Source: Octopus bimaculoides
Taxonomy: Eukaryota
Reading direction: 5' to 3'
Length of the DNA: 64,000 bases
NCBI RefSeq assembly: GCF_001194135.2
Contig: NC_068981.1
Coordinates: 198,887,315-198,951,314, forward strand
Within the stretch, counting starts at the first letter, position 1. Each line of letters starts with the position of its first letter. The translations under genes and the position numbers were made by a program. The notes beneath the pieces are model-generated. The model had not been told where the DNA came from and did no database searches. It was given only the letters and a program-made list of their open reading frames with translations. This document shows, piece by piece, positions 26,497 through 40,767 of the stretch.

Positions 26497-27244
26497 ATGC
26501 CATAATAAATGTGTTTCTACAATAAAATTATTGATAGAGAAAATCAGAAATTCCATCACTGCACTGCCAGTATCTATAAATGTTACAAAACATAAATGAT
26601 ATACATCCAATTAATGGGACACAGTTTTTCATGCTAATGGTTTTTTTAAAGTCAATTTTCTATAAGGAACCTTTTACTTTATCAGATTTAGATCCAATAA
26701 ATAAGATGGAGATGTGAGAGCTGAAGCTATAAGGAATGATTTGTAGCTAACATCATCCTCACATCAATTCTACACTGTGTATCCAAATATGTGTTGACAA
26801 ACACATAACAACACCATTCTCGACCTGCCATTGTCTTAGCCAATTTAATAAAATACTTCTAATTTTACCACCCTGCTTTCATTGTAAAGTATTCTTAAAG
26901 TGATTTGGGAACTAACTTCTTTCATAATTACATACATCATGGCTACCATAGAAACGACCACTTATTCAATTGTTTGCCTCTTGTAGTAACCTTTTATTTT
27001 TGTGTCTCATCTGGGGTAGAGTTGCAACTTTGTAACTAATCTGAATATTACTTTTAAGGTTTAAACTATTATTATTTAGGAAATTAGAATTAACAAATGT
27101 CACCAGAGATGATATATTTACCATTCCTTACAGAAAACTCAGAAAACTTTAGTGCGCCAAGAGGATCAGTGATTTGTGATGTGGCTGAGATATATCTTAC
27201 ACCAAACATTTGACTTGGTCCTTAAAAACTGATACTCACTCTCA

Positions 27245-27307
<63 letters not shown>

Positions 27308-29723
27308 CAAATTGAACCTTAACTATAACAAACAATACAATGAATCAACACAGATCAGAGAATTTTTGATGGCTGTGGGCATGGCCTATCTTTTAGGCTA
27401 AATTAAAAATAGGTAACCAATTTTTTTCTCTCATTATAGAAAATTTAGCTCCAAAAACTTTTACCATTGCCTGACTTAAGATTAAGGTAGCAGATACTTG
27501 TATAAAGATGCTGTGCTATATTAACTTCTTGAGTAATCCCATGGCCATGTTTGTTCCCCTAATAACAAGAAAGAAAGCATCATTAAAAATCCCTTACAAA
27601 GATATTTCAAACTGAAAACAATCTGCCTTACAAAGACCGGTGGATTCAGTTTCAGCTATTTATACCAAGTGGTGATTGTTACAATGAAGCAACATCGGTA
27701 GAACCAGCCAACCCATGCCAATATGGAATATGGACATTAAATTAAGATTATGCTGATGATATGTGTGTGTGTGTGTCCCCTTTGTGTTGACTTCACATGA
27801 TGGCTGTGAATGAGCATTCTTACCATTTCCTGAGTGAATTATCCTCCTGTGAAATACAAGTCCAGCCATGGGGAAATATTACATTGCTTGGAAATAGGTG
27901 TTGGGTTGCAACAGAAAGGGAATCTGACTAGAAAATCTGCTTGAATAAATTCTGTCGGACCGATGCAAGTATGGGAAAGTGGTTGTTAAAATGATGATGA
28001 TGACGACTCTGGGTGTGTGTGTGGNNNNNNNNNNATAAGATGCTGTGTGTGTGTGTGTGGGGGGTGCAGTATAAGATGCTGTGTGTTTGTCTGGTGAATA
28101 AGTAAGATATAGAGTCGTGATGTGGAAGTACTACTAAAGTAGAGACATAGAAACAATGAACGTCTTCGTTACCCCAACAAAATACCAACAGAGAGTTAAT
28201 GTGTATTACTTAATTTAATTGTTTCACCATTGGCTACTTGTGAACAGCCTGTCATTATGTCTAGGAATTATTAAACCAGGATGGTTTTTAAGATAGGATA
28301 TCTGATTGCTGTTCCTAGCAAATAGAGTGACCACATAAAAGTTTGTTGGAACAAATACCAAAAACTGGGTTATGAAACTCACACAGTTGACAAACTTAGT
28401 TTCTGTTTGAAATCTTAGAACAGTAACATTGTTGAGCAACAGTTAAAGAATACCTAATATTGACACAATCAAACAACAGCGTTTCCAATCAAAGAATATT
28501 GGCTGACCAAATATCCGAGATCAATCAAAGAAAAAAAGAAAAGTCTACTGGACTAATGAGGTTGGAAGGAAGTTACTTGGTAGATTGAATGAGAAACCAC
28601 ATCAAAGAATAAGTTGTTAACAAGGTTCTGTGTTTACAAACAATTAACATTAGAGTGAAAGCAAGGAAATAAATGAAGAAATCTGCCTATTGGAATATGT
28701 ATTACAACAATATAAATCATAGAATATAAAGAGAATTCATTTAGGAAACAGCAAATGAAGAAAGACACCAGTGAAGAACTGTTGATTGGGTCAGTAAGTT
28801 AGACATTAATGTCTTCTGTTGACTGTTGGAAATAAAGGTAAATAGTATCAGACATTCTGAAAGTGGAATGATTTCCTTAACAAATGTTAGAATCAAGAAT
28901 AATTATTATAGTTGAAGGAAATTAGTGGTGGACCACTACCACTGCTATTTTGGCATGAGTTGGGTAGTTCTGTTTACCTGAATGGGTTTGGGAACTTGAC
29001 CTTACATGCAATTCATTTTGGCTTTGTTTCTAACATCATCCACTTTGAATTGGATGCTTTTTTTTTCTGGGCCTTCAGTACTTGAGAATTGTCATGTCCT
29101 TCACAGGATCGTTCATAGGTGTAGAAAATTTCTTTCTATAATAAAGCCACAACACATCTTTACTCAGATGTTTACATTTTATTGACCAAATCAATGTAAT
29201 TTTGTCCAGTTCTGGCCTTCCATATATTGTATATACAAAGAATGAATTTTGTGTGTATATTTAGAGTTGAACTCTTTATATAACCAAGATGTTCAGGTGA
29301 TCTGAAGAGCTAGCTTTCTTTATTTGCGTTAATTTGTGAATATACAATTCTATTGTATAATGCTGAGCAAACATATTAGTGCAAACACGCAGGCATAATT
29401 TCTGGCAAACGAAAATTAATGCTACATATAAAAGTTGTGAAACATCTGTAAACCTAATGAAGTCATGTGATTAAATAAATCTATATTCACCTATTGTACC
29501 TCCTGACTTAGATTTTAATATACACCTCACAAAATAATTTTATCACTCACATTTTTTGGATTTTCCATTGGTTACATGGACACGTTTTTAATTGGATACC
29601 ACAAGGACTGATAGTCAAGTTTGTAAAAGAAGCTCCCAGTGATAGCTGTGCAGTTAGCTGAAGCCATATTTTACACTACTCATTTCTATATATTTTAAAG
29701 AGGTCTTAGGCCATCAGACATTA

Positions 29724-29782
29724 GGGTCTGATGATACACCAGAAAGGTGAACCCTTTATGGATGGGAAACCCAGGGTAACCC
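29724..29782 (+). ncRNA. Type I hammerhead ribozyme motif (PLE-associated) with intact core
   Basis: GGGU (stem I) - CUGAUGA - 13-nt arm/UGAAC/13-nt arm (stem II) - GAAA - CCC A GGG (stem III) - UA - ACCC (stem I'). Confidence 0.65.
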
Positions 29783-30360
29783 CATAAACCAGCTTTCACC
29801 AGATAGAAATATAGACGGCTCTTTCTTAGAGTGTGCTTCTCCGGATTTATGCTTTTCTAATAATGATATATAAAATCATCATCATCATCATTTAACATCT
29901 GTTGTCCATGCTGGCATGGGTTGGACAGTTTGGCCAGGGCTGGTAAGCTGAGGGGCTGCACCAGGCTCCAGTCTGATTTGGCATGGTTTCTATGGCTGGA
30001 TGCCCTTCCTGATGCCAACCACTCCAAGAGCGTAATGGGTGCTTTTAAGTGCCACTGACACGGGTGCCAGTTGTGTGACACCACTATCTGCCACAACTAT
30101 GATTTCACTTGGCTTGATGGGTCTTCTTCTCAAGCACGGCATATTGCCAAAGGTCTTGGCTATTTGTCATTGCCTGTGTGAGGCCCAATGCTCAAGGTGC
30201 TTTTTACGTGTCACTGTCACGAGTGCCAGTTATGTGACACTGGCATTGGCAACATTGCTTCTGTGACATCCAATGCTATATATATATGTGTGTGGGTGTG
30301 TGTGTGTGTGTGCATGTATATATGTGTGTGTGTGTGTACACATACACACATATATGTATA

Positions 30361-30687
30361 CAACTGGCACTCTGTCAGTTACAACGACGAGGGTTCCAGC
30401 TCATATGATCAATGGAACAGCCTGCTCATGAAATTAATGTGCATGTGGCTGAGCATTCCACAGACATGTGTACCCCTAATGTAGTTCTCAGCGAGATTCA
30501 GCATGACACAGAGTGTGACAAGGCTGGTCCTTTGAATTACAGGTCAACTTAGTTTTGCCAGCCGAGTGAATTGGAGCAACGTGAAATAAAGTGTCTTGCT
30601 CAAGGACACAACACATCGCCAGGAATTGAACTGATGACCTTCCAGTCATGAATCAAATACGCTAACCATTAAGCCATGTGCCTTCAC
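30361..30687 (-). mobile_element. tRNA-derived SINE family C
   Basis: Minus strand TGGCTTAATGG A box, GTTCAATTCC B box and gtgtccttgagcaagacact core; partial copy at 22573-22680 (+). Confidence 0.7.
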
Positions 30688-33159
30688 ACACATTAGGGCT
30701 TATAAGCCCCATTATTAGACTATTTTCCTTAGTCATTTGCACGGTGACTGCTATAAGTCTTAAGCTTATAAAAAAAATACCATTATTATTATTTACAGAA
30801 TTGTAAAACTCGACACCGCTTAACAAAACCATTCGCACCGAAATATACATACACACACACACGTATATATATAAAGGTGGTGCTCCAGCATGGCCACGGT
30901 CAAGTCACTGAAACAAATAAAATACACACACACACACATATATATCAGCATCATCATCGTTTAATATCTGCTTTCCATGCTGGCATGGGTTGGACAGTTT
31001 GAATGAGGACTGGCAAGCTGGGAGGCTGTCCCAGGCTCCAATCTGATCAGGTAATGTTTCTAAAGCTGGATGCCCTTCCTAATGCTAACCACCCTGAGAG
31101 TGTAGTGGGCGCTTTTTAAGTGCCACCTCACTTGACTCAAAAGGTCTTCGCAAAGTAGAGTTTATTGCTCAATGATTGAAGGGTACTCTTAAATGGGCCG
31201 ATTGAAGGGGACTCTTAAATGGACCAATTATGCTACCACAGAAATAAATAAAATCTAAAAAAATATAAATACTTATTGGCTGCAGAAACTCAGATATGCT
31301 GAGGAGTTTGTGATATAAATTTATGTATATTAACCAGAAAACAATCTGTGATGTACTGAGTGTGTGATTGGTGAAACGTGATGCATGATAGGTGAACTGC
31401 AATATGGTAAGGGATTACTGTATTGTTTTCTGTACTAGAAAAAAATATGAAAAGATGAGAGAATATTGATTGGCCTAAAATTGTGTGCCTGGTGTGATCT
31501 GATGAATGCAGTATGAATGGCAGGGCAGGAACTCAGCTATGTTGGAATCTCTGAGCTGTAATAGTCAATAAGGGCCAGGAATGCAGTGGGAGGTGAGGAA
31601 GAGAGTGGGGTGGGGGTGGGGTGAGAAGAATTACAGAAAGAAGAGACACGTTCTGAGAGGTTCAACTGATATATCCTTGTTTGACTTCTTTTATTTATTT
31701 ATGTGGTGTGTGTGTGTGTGTGTGTGTATAAAAGAAAGCTTTCAGTGTGTCTGTATGTGTATAAGCATGCACACACATGCACATATGTGTGTGTGATCCC
31801 AGTTATAATTTCCACTTTTCCATGCTTGCATGGGTGAGGCTGATTTTATCAAGGCACATTTTTAACAGCTGGATGCCCTTCCTGTTGCCAATGCTCGCTT
31901 GCTTCCAAGCAAGGTGACATGTTCCCATGGCCAGACATGTGTTCAAGGAGGATCCCCTACCCACACACAGAGGGTAAGTAAAGTATTATTTTGCTAATTA
32001 CAATACACTATAAGATGTTTTAGACAAAGATTTTTCAGTAGAAAAGTGAACGAAGAAAATAACTGGCACAGGTTAGGTGTTGACTGCTCAATCATGGCAT
32101 TGTATCAGATGAAAGGAGATCACTTCCAGAGACCATTCTGATCAACAGACAGATCTCAGAATTTAACAACAATAAATCTTTCTTCACTTTTCCTTACCGT
32201 CTGCTGTCTGTCTTTCTCTCTCATCCTTTCAACTCAAACAACAATGCAGATAGACTCTGCTCAATGTTTCACACTAGATTAATCAAAAGCAATCAAATAT
32301 CGCATATCATTAGGAAATCTTGAAGATAGAATATCAAACAGTGAATATAATGGTATTCTTTAAGCATGACCATTCTTAATTATTTAGAACTTTCCCACCC
32401 TAAACCAAATAGTCTTTTCATCCAAGACAAAAAGCCTGCAATTTTGGGCAGAGTCTACATTTAAAACATCAATCAAAGCCACCCTGCTCTCATAGTGAGT
32501 GCATTATTACACTGAACTCAAATAACCTATTGATCAATAACATATTAAGAATAGACAAAGAATAACCTGTTGTTCTGTGAGGATGATTAATTAAAGACTA
32601 GTTCTCTCCTCAAAAGAAAATATAATGAAATTGATAACGTTTACCCCAGGCAGATTATATTTAACATAAAGTTCTTGTTTAAAATATACTGCCCTCCACT
32701 ATTTTCGATGTTTGGTCTTGCCTGTGGAACCATCATAGCTTACAACAAAGTACACAGTCTTCTTTATCCCGTATCACTATGCTCTTCAATCTCACCACTT
32801 ACTTCCCGGTCTTAAAAACATTAAATAAAAACCATTGTTTACAAGTACAATACTAAATCTTTGAAACTCATATCAAATTTCAGTTTACAGATAAAAACTG
32901 TTTTATGATAATATCTGAAATATATTTTCATTCGAAATTAGTTTCCATGAATTTGTTTGAAAAAAGAAAAAAAAAAGAAAGAAAAAATGGCACATAAATA
33001 TGCTTAAATGCACTGAATTTATAAGTGGTGGTCACAAGGATGTTAGAGCAGAATGCCAAGATTAGTTGATCAATATTGCAATGATGATTTAATTAATTGA
33101 CATTTTCATTCATATTTGAAGAGTTATTCTGAAGTCTTCTTCAGATATTGGTTCCTTAC

Positions 33160-33205
33160 ATCCTCCAAACTTTGTTGTGATATTTCTCTGTTTGGGTTAG
33201 CAATT
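33160..33205 (-). CDS. Putative 46-nt internal exon (IANPNREISQQSLED, phase 2->0)
   Basis: T-rich tract ending cgatcttcAG and donor GAT|GTAAGG; phases match both neighbouring putative exons. Confidence 0.55.
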
Positions 33206-35889
33206 CTGAAGATCGTATAAAGTGTTGTACACAACAAAATGAAAAAAACAATTTAAAGATCTGAAAAGCTTTTCAAAACATCAATGACACTCACAAATAG
33301 AAAATTAATTAAAATAGATGTGTTAAAACTACTCCATAAAAAAAAAAGAAAAAAACCAACTGAGCTGTCTATAAACTTCTATAAAAGTTGTCACAGAATG
33401 AATCTGTTGCATAAAAGGTTAAGCTGCAGTTCATTTTCCTCACCATTTATCCACTACAGGCAATAAGACACTTACAGAAAATTAAGGGGGGGGGAGAGAA
33501 GGAGAGGGTCTGGACATGGCTGTAGATATCAAGTACAGTTAGATTAAAATTTATTATTTAATCAAATAACTAATTAAATCATTTAAAATTATTTGTTTTT
33601 CTTTCAAAAACACCAAAAAAAAAAAAAAGATGTTTTATAGAAGCAATGATGTTTTTTGGTAGTTTTTATCATTTTTGGCACAACCTTCATGGAAAGACAG
33701 TTCTTGACATTGAATTGAAAGGAGAAACAACAACTTGGTTAGGCTTGCGGAACTGAAAAAATTTAAGAACTTAATGATTATGGTTCTACAAATTAAATTT
33801 CTAAAATGTGAAATCAAGTTGGAAATAGCCAACCTAATTACATTTGGAATTATTGAGAAGAAATAATTGAGACTGAAATGGTTTCAAGCTTTTCTTTAGT
33901 CAAGTGTTGATCAAAGAATATGTCAAACATGAAATACAACTTGGTCAAAACAAGAAACTTAAATTAAAAATTACTTTCTCCAATAAGTACAGGCATGGCT
34001 GTGGGGTGAAGACAAGTTTTTCTTCACAACCACCTGGTTTTCAGTTCAGTCCCTAAAGCATAGCACATTGGGAAATCTCCTCTACTATATTTCTGGCTCT
34101 ACTATGCTTTCTGGCTGAATTTGGTAGAAAGTATGCCTGTCGTGTTTGTATGTGTGCCTTTATATCACTTTGTCTTGATATTGCACGATAGTTTGAAATG
34201 AGCATCATTATTATACAAGCAGTGTCATTCTTTGCTAATATTCTGCAAAAACATGTCTGGTCATGGTGGTGGGGGTTATTTTGCTTGGAACCAGGTGAGG
34301 GTTGGTAACAGGAAGGGCATCCATCTGTAGGAAATCTGTCTTGACAATCTCTGAGTGACTCATGCAAACATGGAAAAGGTGGATATGCTGCTGTTGGTGA
34401 GGTTGATTTTCCTCTTGCCTCCATAGGTTCTACGTTTGTCATGACAATATCATCATTTAGATTGAAATAGCAATATTTTGTCTAACAGTAAAACTGAAGA
34501 ACTGCAAATAAAATTGGTAAAACATCATACTGAGTTACCCTGCAGCCCTGTCCACAGCAAGTTCAGAATAAAGATATCTGTAAGTTATGTCTTTCCAATA
34601 AATTTAAATGAAACCTCTGTGAAACACTTAGCACCTTGGTTTTACATATTTCTTTTGTTAATCTTCAACAAAATTAAGCAACTGTGAAAGAATTCTGTTG
34701 TTGTTGAAGATCATTTGACTTGTGTAACAATGCAATAAACGTAACTGTTCTGAAAACTTCAATGATTATAAGTTATACCAGCTTTACAAGACTGGAGAAA
34801 TATGAATAAGTATTTTCCCCCCCAAATTCTTTAAAACATTTAAGCACAAGCTTAATTAAAATAGAACACATATGAAAACCTTCAGAATCATAACTTCGAA
34901 ATTTAACAAATTACATGCTTCCTCCATGACATATCTAAGATCAATAATTATTGATTTCAACCCTTGGCACAGAGCCACACATGACTGGCTTGTTTTATAA
35001 ACCTTACACATATGAAAAGCAAAGTTACACACAAAATACAAGCAGACCAGATACTGTAATGGTGCTACCATCCAACGACCTAGAATCAATAATAATGAAA
35101 TTAGTGTACTTCAAGAAACACTGAGTCTTTGGAAGAAAAAAAAAATGCAGCAAAATGGAAAGATAGTTTAAGAGCCAAAAGTTTGGTGTCCTTCAATTGA
35201 AAACTAGCATAAGATCTTGTATTTAGGGTTTGTTACAACCTTGAACTTCGACCATAAATTAATTCCTCTCCACCCACCCCCTCCCTCTCTATTTTCAAAC
35301 CTCTCCTCTGAATGGTGTAGCCATGTACCTTCTCTACAGCAAGACACCTGGTCCTGTCCCCCTATCATAATTTAATTTCTTATCACCTGGCATAAAGCGA
35401 CCTCCCTCAAGATTACTCTTCCTTTCAGGGAAGTAGTACTGAGGGATCTTTGTCTTGCAAGTCAATTGGTGACCTCACTGGTGCTGGAGCCACGTAAATA
35501 TTGCCCAGTCCACCCTCTGTAAAGTGGTTGGTGCTAGGAAGGGCATCCAATTGTAGAAACCATGTCAAAGCATACAGCAGAGCTTGCCATACTCCTCTAG
35601 TTTGTCAGTTCCTGTCAAACTGCCCAACCCATGCCAGCATGGGAAATGGATGTGAAGTAAAGATAATAATGATGATGAAATTATGGACAACTGAGCTAAA
35701 AGGACAGTGCTTCACTTCATACACTACAGCCTCTTCCTGTTTCATAATCTATAATCGGTTGTTCAGGCTTTTCCTATTAATTGGTCCCTCAATATTTGCT
35801 CACTCTCTGCTGTTTCATTAACAAAGCATAGATTTATGACAATCAGCAAGTTCAGCCAAGAACATATCAATGTCAGATTCTTAAACTGG

Positions 35890-36430
35890 TGACAGTGTTT
35901 TGTTTTTTGAGCTTCCACAATAATGACAGTGGCAAGTGATGACAGGGCAAGTGATGACAGGGCAAGAGATGATGTGTACCTTTCTGGTCGCTACAGCAGT
36001 GGTGGAAATGGCAGAGGCCAAGGGCCGCCTGTAAACGACTGCCAACCAGAACGAGTCGAGTGGCCACTTTCTGGATATGGTCTAGGATGTCCGTGTGTGC
36101 AACAGCTGCACTATCCCCGATATGGCAGATATAGCTCCATTGTGAGCTGTACCAAAGTTTTGGAGAGGGTCAACAACTGCTGAAGGACAAAGTATGTTCT
36201 GGCCCTGAAGGGAAGGACCAGTCACCATGTCTAAGATCTTGTGATAGTGAGGTCTAGTATTTCGAAGTAATATTCTGGGTTATAGTTGCATGCTGCTCAT
36301 GATTATGGTGATGTGCTGCTATGATGTTCTTTCGATGACGAAAGAGAAGAGACTGGTCACATGGGAGGAAACTCTCAAGAAGGGAGACAGTTTCATTATA
36401 GAAAACTTCAGTTTCATAAATGAATGTCAA
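35890..36430 (-). mobile_element. Decayed CR1/L2/Jockey-type LINE RT C-terminal fragment
   Basis: QQLLTLSKTLVQLTME / YICHIGDSAAVAHTDILDHIQKVATRLV, frameshifted; 15-bp tandem repeat x3 at 35925-35969. Confidence 0.6.
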
Positions 36431-36933
36431 GATATTAATCAATAAAGACAAAATAAATGTAAAGTCAGGGAACTGGCTACCATTTGGAAATATGGATTAA
36501 ACCACTGTCAAATGCACCACCAGCTGTTTCGATGCCATAGGAAGGGAAGCATAATTGTCTCTGAAGAAAATGGTGTGTTATCTTATTTGGAGATAGTTGT
36601 TAACATTACTATCATCATCATCATCATTTAGCATCCATTGTCCATGCTGGCATGGGTTGGACAGCTTGACCAGGGCTGGCAAGCTGCAAGGCTGCACTAG
36701 ACCCCAGTCTGATTTGGCTTAGTTCTCTACAGCTGGATGCCCTTCCTAATGCCAAGCACTCCAAGAGTGTAATGAGTGCTTTCATATGCCACCAGCACAG
36801 GTGCCATTTGCGTGACGCCGGTATCTGCTATGATTGTGGTTTTACTTGGCATCATGGATCTTCTCAAGCGCAACATAATGCCAAAGGTCGTGGTAATTGC
36901 TTCCATATATAAATAACTATATATATATATAAA

Positions 36934-36978
<45 letters not shown>

Positions 36979-38249
36979 TAAGGTTAAATGGATGGTACCC
37001 ATATCTGCCAGTGATGCCAACATTTCAGTAAACCAATGTGTTTACTTTTATACCGTCTTGGTCAGTCATTTTTCGCTGGTGGTATGCACCATCACTTTCA
37101 CCACATTTACAAATTGTTTGACATATTTTTTAAGCTGACATCAAAGTGTAGCAGTTTAGTAGGAAATACGAATGTCTAGGTTAGAGATTTATCAATGATT
37201 TCCCTGACTCATCATTTTGAATGGATGCACCATCAGTGTCTGTTGACATGGATTCACTGGCAACGTATTAAACACTTGTAAACAGAGAAGAAACCAGAAA
37301 TACCCTGGCAAGAAGTGCACATAAACTAGCGTGCGTGCGTGCGTACACACACACACACACATATATGTATGCAAGTATATAAGCACACACACACACATGT
37401 GCACATCCATTAACAAAGAACATATGTTGCTTAAGTGAATGGATGAATGGTGAATGACATGGAATTGGCTGCCACACAGCTGGTAACTATAACAACATAG
37501 TGATATAAATATATGAATGATATAGAAAGGTAAACACAATATCTTAATATATTCACAATGCTTAGTGTAAATATCAGAGAGAGAGAGGGGGGGAGGGAGG
37601 TGGATGTGTGTCATTGTGGAATTCCTATTAACATGCAATTTACAGTAATGGTTATTTCAGTGAAGATATTCTGCTGCTGGTATTGAACACAAAACTATCC
37701 AGAGAGCCCCCAATAAAAAAAAAAAAAGAAAAAAAAACTACCCAGAACCCAACAAGAAAATATGGTTTTCTTTCTCTGTCTGGAATCGACAGCCATAGAC
37801 TAAATATTCTGACATTGACACATAAATGTTCCTTCATGTGCTTTATCCAAAGTTCCTCAAAACCGTTTCTAGCTTTTATTTATCTATATTTATAAAAATG
37901 AGAATGTGTGTGTCTGTCTGTCTGTCTGTGTGAATCCCTAAAACTCGAGAACTACGCAACCAATTTCATTCAAATTTTACACATGCCTTACTTAGGGTTC
38001 CAGTTGTGTTTTAGTCAAAAAAAATTATTAACTTCTTGCAGAGTTCGAGCACACGGCAACATAATATCTCCTCCACTATTTAAGTATTACGTGTCAAAAG
38101 TGAAACAAAAACACTCATGTCAAATACTTTCACTTTAAAAATGAAACTATTCCACTAACTGAAACAATCACATTTCGATACTGTAGTGACAGATACTTTC
38201 ACAGAGAGAGAAAGAGAGAAAGAGAGAGACAGAAAGAGAGAGAGAGAGA

Positions 38250-38750
38250 NNNNNNNNNNNNNNNNNNNNNNNNNNNNNNNNNNNNNNNNNNNNNNNNNNN
38301 NNNNNNNNNNNNNNNNNNNNNNNNNNNNNNNNNNNNNNNNNNNNNNNNNNNNNNNNNNNNNNNNNNNNNNNNNNNNNNNNNNNNNNNNNNNNNNNNNNNN
38401 NNNNNNNNNNNNNNNNNNNNNNNNNNNNNNNNNNNNNNNNNNNNNNNNNNNNNNNNNNNNNNNNNNNNNNNNNNNNNNNNNNNNNNNNNNNNNNNNNNNN
38501 NNNNNNNNNNNNNNNNNNNNNNNNNNNNNNNNNNNNNNNNNNNNNNNNNNNNNNNNNNNNNNNNNNNNNNNNNNNNNNNNNNNNNNNNNNNNNNNNNNNN
38601 NNNNNNNNNNNNNNNNNNNNNNNNNNNNNNNNNNNNNNNNNNNNNNNNNNNNNNNNNNNNNNNNNNNNNNNNNNNNNNNNNNNNNNNNNNNNNNNNNNNN
38701 NNNNNNNNNNNNNNNNNNNNNNNNNNNNNNNNNNNNNNNNNNNNNNNNNN
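38250..38750. other. Assembly gap (representative)
   Basis: N runs at 5940-6178, 14958-14967, 15388-15487, 28025-28034, 38250-38750 and 48570-49040. Confidence 1.
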
Positions 38751-38888
38751 ATCTTCTCTTGGAAGAGCCCTGCTTCTCACATGGACAACTGTATGTTGGC
38801 TGCTCAAGAGTGGGCAGCAACAAAAAACCTATTTGTATATGCTCCACAAGGGAAAACAAGGAACATAGTTTACAATGAGGTGTTATAA
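38751..38888 (+). pseudogene. Helitron RepHel (Pif1-like helicase) C-terminal remnant
   Basis: PCFSHGQLYVGCSRVGS plus frameshifted NLFVYAPQGKTRNIVYNEVL*. Confidence 0.9.
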
Positions 38889-40255
38889 TCACAACAGCAA
38901 GAAAGTATGTACATGATCACCTTCTCTTACGAAACTTCATTGACTTTCATATATTTATATTGATATACATATATATACGTGTGTTTGGGTGCGTGTGTGT
39001 ATATACATCTCTATATATAAAGATGATGCGTAGTCTAGACGGCGTTTTTAGATTTCATTATCCTCTTTAACCCGGGCAACGCCGGGTATTTCTGCTAGTT
39101 GTCTATAAAAATGATTCTCTTTATCAAACAAATACAACTTCTGTCTCAATTTCTTTGGTGATTTTCCTATGAATCCACGAATCGAAGACCTTACTTGGCA
39201 CCATGTTAACACCACAAACTTACAAATGTATTGGCTGACTGCTTCTTTAAAAGCTTCTCCAATGACTGATGTAACTATAATCCAGGGAACAACATACAAC
39301 CCCTTTTATCTTCATCTATTCAACACATCCATCTCCGTTTTCTCATCACTCCCAACACTGTGTCCCCGTATCACCATCATTTGAATGTCTGCCTTCCTGT
39401 TCGCCTGGCCCAGCTGGAGTTTATTGATGCAGATTTTGTATGTCAGGAGCCCTCCTTCCTATTGCCAACTCTTTATCTGTTTCCAAGCAAACTAATATTC
39501 CCCCCCACCCCGACATGTTTTTCACACAAGACTGGAAATAAACCACCTCACTTGCATGATGGTGAGGTTTCTTTACAGCCATCACATAAAGTCAAATCAA
39601 TAATGTGTGTGTGTGTGTGTGTATTCATAGACACACTGTCTCTCTGTGTATATTCTATATCTGTATAACTGTGTATTCTTTAGTTGCAGATATCATAGCC
39701 ATGACCATGTTGTAGCACTAACTGTTTATATACGGTGTGTGCATGAGTGTGTGTACACACATACATCCAACACATTTCCCCATGTACACAGAAATATAAT
39801 ATATAAGCACACACACACACACACACACAAACACACACATACTGTGTGTGTGTGTGTGTGTGTGTGTACATCAACAGAGCATATGTGCAGTGACTGAGGG
39901 TGAGCACAGGATAGAGGTATTTGGTCACATCCAGAGAGAGGGAGGCATCATTTCTTTTCCACTGACAGATTGAAAAATCAAATAATCCTCACATCTTTGA
40001 GATAATGGAACTTTGGCAAATTGAATCATTGTGCCATAAGCTGAACATTTAATTAGAGTGTGGTTAATTGAAACAACTTTCTTCTCTTCTCTGCCATTGC
40101 ATCTCATTATTTTTACCTTTCATAGAATTTATTAATCATTCAAACAATCATAACACATTCACACAACAACTTGTTTTATTTGTTTCTTTATCTGCCACCC
40201 CCACCCCCACCAGCTGTGATATAGATAGCAGAGTACAGAGGAAAGTGTGTGTGTG

Positions 40256-40287
<32 letters not shown>

Positions 40288-40547
40288 TGTGTGTGTGCGC
40301 GCAGGAGACACTATGTAATTATAAATCTAAGCGATTTTTACACAACAAACCAGTCTCCTTAGTTGGCTGCACTGAAACCACTTGAATGGTATAATAGTGT
40401 CTACAGAAGAACAAGTTGGATGAGCAGAGAGCAGAGAGAATGTGTTTCATTGCAGATGCCATCAAAACTATGTTAAGTGTGAGAAACAACAGCAGACACA
40501 GTTCTTGATGCTGCTTGCAAGATATTTGCTCCAAGAGGTAGCACTGG

Positions 40548-40623
<76 letters not shown>

Positions 40624-40767
40624 TACATATATATGTATATACATACATATACATATATATGGAAAACGAACGTTAAACGGTGATGATGATGATGATGACA
40701 CGTGTATACACACACACACACACACATATATATACATACACGTGTATATATATATATATATATATAT

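Larger units (their letters stand above)
37883..39098 (+). mobile_element. Non-autonomous Helitron (deletion derivative; contains a 501-N gap)
   Basis: 5' A|TCTATAT..., 3' hairpin CCCGG-GCAACG-CCGGG (39071-39086) then CTAG|T; internal helicase C-terminal remnant. Continuity across the gap is assumed. Confidence 0.75.
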
